From: Candidatus Zixiibacteriota bacterium
GTDB taxonomy: Bacteria > Zixibacteria > MSB-5A5 > SM1-73
Length of the DNA: 64,000 nt
Assembly: GCA_049679185.1 (NCBI GenBank)
Contig: JBAUFO010000106.1
Span: 223-64,222 of the forward strand
Direction: 5' to 3'
The notes below the pieces were generated by a model, which ran no database searches, was not told the origin of the DNA, and saw only the letters and a list, made by a program, of their open reading frames with translations. Positions within the stretch are counted from its first letter, which is position 1. The number at the start of each line of letters is the position of its first letter. A program made the position numbers and the translations under genes. This document shows, one piece after another, positions 60,805-64,000 of this stretch.

Positions 60805-62631
60805 ATGTGCGGGATAATCGGATACGTGGGCAAAGAAAAGGCGGTTCCCCTTCTGATGGAGGGCCTGAAGAGATTAGAGTATCGAGGATATGATTCAGCG
60901 GGAATTGCGGTGCTGGAAGATCAGGGACTGATATTTGAGAAATGCGCCGGCAAGATAAGCGCACTTGAGGCTCTGCTTAAGGATAAAAAGTTCAAGAGCA
61001 CCACCGGAATAGCTCACACCCGGTGGGCGACTCACGGCGAGCCGACCGATCTCAATGCTCATCCCCATTTGGACTGCAAGGGCAACATCGCAGTGGTGCA
61101 TAACGGCATCATAGAGAATTATCGAAGTCTAAGGGAGCTTCTGGGCCGGAAGGGCCACAAGTTCACCTCGGATACCGATACCGAGATTCTGGCTCACCTA
61201 ATCGAGGAATACTACGACGGCGATCTGATGGAAGCCACCCAGGCAGCACTCTCCCAGGTGGAGGGAACTTACGGCATAGCGGTTTTGTGCAAGGACAGTC
61301 CCCACCAGATCGTGGCGGCACGGCATGGGAGTCCGCTGGTGATAGGCACGGGAAAGGGCGAAAACTTCGTTGCGTCGGACGTGGCCGCCATCTTAAGACA
61401 TACCAATAAGGTGGTCTACTTGGAAGACAAGGAAGTTGCTTTGGTCGACCCGGAGAACTTCGTCATCTCCACGGTGGACAAAACCGAGGTCACCCCGCAA
61501 ATTCAGGAGATCTCCTGGACCTTGGATCAAATCGAAAAAGGGGGATTCCCCCACTTCATGCTCAAGGAGATCTTCGAGCAGCCCACCACCCTGCGAAATG
61601 CCATAAGAGGGCGGTTGAATTACGAGGAGGGTACTGCACGCTTAAACGGGCTCAATTTGCAGTATGAGGAGCTGCACCTGATAGATCGGATAATCCTCTC
61701 CGCCTGTGGCACCGCCTGGCATGCAGCCTTAGTGGGCGAATACATGATCGAGGATGCCGCACTGATCCCGGTGGAGGTGGAATACGCATCGGAGTTTCGG
61801 TACAGAAGCCCCGTCATCAATAAAGGAACCGTCCTCTTCGTGATAAGCCAGTCCGGGGAGACCACGGATACGCAGGCGGCGCTCAGAGAGGCCAAAAGGA
61901 AAGGGGCGACGGTACTGGGCATCTGTAACGTGGTGGGGAGTACCATAGCCCGGGAGACCGACGGCGGAGTATACATCCACGCAGGCCCGGAGATCGGAGT
62001 AGCGTCCACCAAGGCCTTCACCTCCCAGATGATGGTGTTATCTTTAGTCTCCTTGCTTCTGGCGCGCATGAGAACCATGTCGCTGGAAAGGGGACGAAAG
62101 ATCATCGATGCCATCCATAAGATCCCGGATCAGGTGGAGCAGATTCTCAAAAGAGATGCCGATATCAAGGCCATCGCCGAGAAATACTACAAGAAGAACA
62201 ACTTTCTGTACCTGGGCCGGGGCTTCAACTTCCCGGTCGCCCTGGAGGGCGCTCTCAAGCTCAAGGAGATCTCTTACATCCACGCCGAGGGTTATCCCGC
62301 CGCCGAGATGAAGCATGGGCCCATAGCGCTAATAGACGAGAACATGCCGGTGGTGGTCGTAGGCCTGAAAGACAAGGTGCATGACAAGGTCCTCTCCAAC
62401 ATCGCGGAGATCAAGGCGCGCAAGGGGAAGATCATTGCGGTGGCCACGGAAGGGGACAGCGAGATCGCAGAGAAGGTGGATCATGTTATCTACATCCCTC
62501 ACACCCTGGAAATTCTGACCCCCATTCTGTCAGTGGTTCCGCTGCAGCTTCTGGCCTACCACATGGCGGTGATGAGAGGCTGCAACGTGGATCAGCCCAG
62601 AAATCTGGCCAAAAGCGTGACGGTTGAGTAA
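60805..62631 (+). CDS. glmS: glutamine--fructose-6-phosphate aminotransferase
   Basis: N-terminal MCGIIGYVG Ntn-amidotransferase motif and two SIS domains; ends with the conserved VDQPRNLAKSVTVE. Confidence 0.9.
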   Translation: MCGIIGYVGKEKAVPLLMEGLKRLEYRGYDSAGIAVLEDQGLIFEKCAGKISALEALLKDKKFKSTTGIAHTRWATHGEPTDLNAHPHLDCKGNIAVVHNGIIENYRSLRELLGRKGHKFTSDTDTEILAHLIEEYYDGDLMEATQAALSQVEGTYGIAVLCKDSPHQIVAARHGSPLVIGTGKGENFVASDVAAILRHTNKVVYLEDKEVALVDPENFVISTVDKTEVTPQIQEISWTLDQIEKGGFPHFMLKEIFEQPTTLRNAIRGRLNYEEGTARLNGLNLQYEELHLIDRIILSACGTAWHAALVGEYMIEDAALIPVEVEYASEFRYRSPVINKGTVLFVISQSGETTDTQAALREAKRKGATVLGICNVVGSTIARETDGGVYIHAGPEIGVASTKAFTSQMMVLSLVSLLLARMRTMSLERGRKIIDAIHKIPDQVEQILKRDADIKAIAEKYYKKNNFLYLGRGFNFPVALEGALKLKEISYIHAEGYPAAEMKHGPIALIDENMPVVVVGLKDKVHDKVLSNIAEIKARKGKIIAVATEGDSEIAEKVDHVIYIPHTLEILTPILSVVPLQLLAYHMAVMRGCNVDQPRNLAKSVTVE

Positions 62632-62638
62632 GATCGGT

Positions 62639-62799
62639 TGTAGGTCGGACATGTCCCCCGTAGGGGGACTATCCGACATTTCTCTTTTGTTCCTGTGCCT
62701 GCCGGGTCCCCTGACCTGGCAAGTTTACCCCGTCGGGCAATAACATTTTTTTCCTTTTGATGCGAAAGCCCCCCGTGCGGGGGGCATTTCGGACCTACA
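62639..62799. repeat. MITE-like element bounded by about 35-nt terminal inverted repeats (repeat family D)
   Basis: Left end ttgtaggtcggacatgtcccccgtagggggac and right end (reverse complement) ctgtaggtccgaaatgccccccgcacggggggc are about 80% identical in inverted orientation; each arm is itself a G5/C5 hairpin. Confidence 0.5.
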
Positions 62800-62903
62800 G
62801 ATGGAGCGTCCGAGTCAGTGGCGCGTGAAGTGGCCTGCGCGCAAATTTTGGTTGACAAAGGGGAGTAATAGACTATGATAACAATTTATCGTCGGAGAAT
62901 CTT

Positions 62904-63782
62904 ATGGTAGCAAGCATGACCGGATATGGCAGGGCCGAGTTGGTTGAGGAGAACCTGAAGGCCACGGTGGAGATAAGCTCGGTCAACAATCGCTTTTGCG
63001 AGATACAATTCCGTCTGCCCAAACAACTCTCCCCCTTAGAATCCAAGCTGAAGGAGATGATCCTCTCCAACATCGGCCGGGGCAAGATAAGCTTCGCCTT
63101 AGGCTGGGAGGAGACATCTCCGGTTGCTTCTTACGCCAAGCTGAACGAAGAGGCGGCCGACGTCTATTTCAACATAATGAAGCAGCTCAAGGAACGGTAT
63201 GGCCTGTCCGGGGACGTCCGCTTGGATCAGTTCTTCGGCCTGCCCGATTTAGTCAAGGTGGAGAAGGAGGAGCCGGATCTGGAGAAGGCCTGGGAGGTGG
63301 TTTCAGAGGTCACCCAGCGTGCTTTAGAGGAGTTCAACCGGATGCGTGAAGCAGAGGGGGGCAAGCTGGCGCAGGATTTAGCCGAAAGGGTTGCACGATT
63401 GGAGGAGACGATTCCCGAAATAGAGAGATTGACCCCAAAGAGCATAGACAATCATAGAAAAAAGCTTAAAACCAGAATCGCAGAGCTGCTGGACAACATG
63501 GTGGTGGACCAGCACAGAATCGAGCTCGAGGTGGCGCTGATGGCGGAAAAGTGTGATGTGGCCGAGGAGTGCGTCCGCTTCAGAAGTCACAATCAGCAAT
63601 TTCTCTCCGCCTTGAAGGAAGATCGGCCGGTGGGAAAGAGACTCAACTTCTTGCTTCAGGAGATGAACCGGGAAGCCAACACCATCGGATCCAAAACTGC
63701 CGATGCCGAGATATCGCAGAAGGTGATCTTCTTAAAAGAGGAGATCGAGAGGATAAGAGAGCAGGTGCAGAATATTGAATGA
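62904..63782 (+). CDS. yicC: YicC/YloC-family stress-induced endoribonuclease
   Basis: N-terminus MVASMTGYGRAE...SVNNRFCEI and C-terminal DUF1732-like region with KVIFLKEEIERIREQVQNIE. Confidence 0.8.
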   Translation: MVASMTGYGRAELVEENLKATVEISSVNNRFCEIQFRLPKQLSPLESKLKEMILSNIGRGKISFALGWEETSPVASYAKLNEEAADVYFNIMKQLKERYGLSGDVRLDQFFGLPDLVKVEKEEPDLEKAWEVVSEVTQRALEEFNRMREAEGGKLAQDLAERVARLEETIPEIERLTPKSIDNHRKKLKTRIAELLDNMVVDQHRIELEVALMAEKCDVAEECVRFRSHNQQFLSALKEDRPVGKRLNFLLQEMNREANTIGSKTADAEISQKVIFLKEEIERIREQVQNIE

Positions 63783-63908
63783 CGGATGACGCATGTCGAA
63801 TGAAGAATACAAAGTCAAACTACTACAGGATCAAAGATAGGTATTGAGTTGACAACAGACGGCTTGTCCGTTAAGAACCGAGATTCGCAGATGTAGTCAT
63901 CCCAAAAA

Positions 63909-63925
63909 GGCGATTTCGCCTTTTT
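63909..63925 (+). terminator. rho-independent terminator-like hairpin (ggcgatttcgcc followed by ttttt)
   Basis: Perfect 4-bp-loop GC hairpin flanked by A5 and T5 (bidirectional), about 125 nt downstream of yicC. Confidence 0.45.
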
Positions 63926-64000
63926 CGCATAATTGAGGCATCTGATGTGTCATGAGTGCCGATTCTACAGATGTAGAATCAGGATGGAGCAGGAAACGTT

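Overview
This window is about 64 kb of fairly GC-rich bacterial DNA (roughly 55-60% GC by eye). Genes are densely packed and often overlap or couple at start/stop codons. It looks like a Gram-negative organism with a type IX secretion system (T9SS), probably an FCB-superphylum or candidate-phylum anaerobe. Two large proteases (a subtilisin and an M6 metalloprotease) carry T9SS C-terminal sorting domains, and PorV-like and LptE-like genes are present.

The centre of the window (10.2-28.9 kb) is a long run of minus-strand genes. It mixes housekeeping genes (rluB, scpB) with an acyl-CoA catabolic cluster: butyrate kinase, Leu/Val dehydrogenase, methylmalonyl-CoA epimerase, two paralogous B12-dependent acyl-CoA mutase large subunits, a separate B12-binding subunit and a MeaB GTPase, biotin carboxylase, BCCP, carboxyltransferase, and an acyl-CoA dehydrogenase. 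One mutase has the methylmalonyl-CoA signature residues and the other the isobutyryl-CoA signature residues.

Other genes recognised: recJ, a GT39/ArnT-like membrane glycosyltransferase, guaB, a NifS-SelD fusion, a prolyl oligopeptidase, a C25 (gingipain-like) peptidase ending in a dockerin, hutI, an SPFH lipoprotein, glmM, glmS and yicC. Two RNA genes are missed by the ORF track: a bacterial type-A RNase P RNA (minus strand, 32922-33328) and a tRNA-Val(CAC) (minus strand, 40045-40121).

The most unusual thing I see is a set of at least five families of short structured or palindromic intergenic repeats, labelled A-E below. One family (E) has three copies, each directly after a stop codon inside the catabolic cluster. 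An AT-rich 2.5 kb island carries a FabH-like KAS III gene and a pRiA4b ORF-3-like gene and is bounded by direct repeats. No CRISPR array, integrase, transposase or rRNA was seen.
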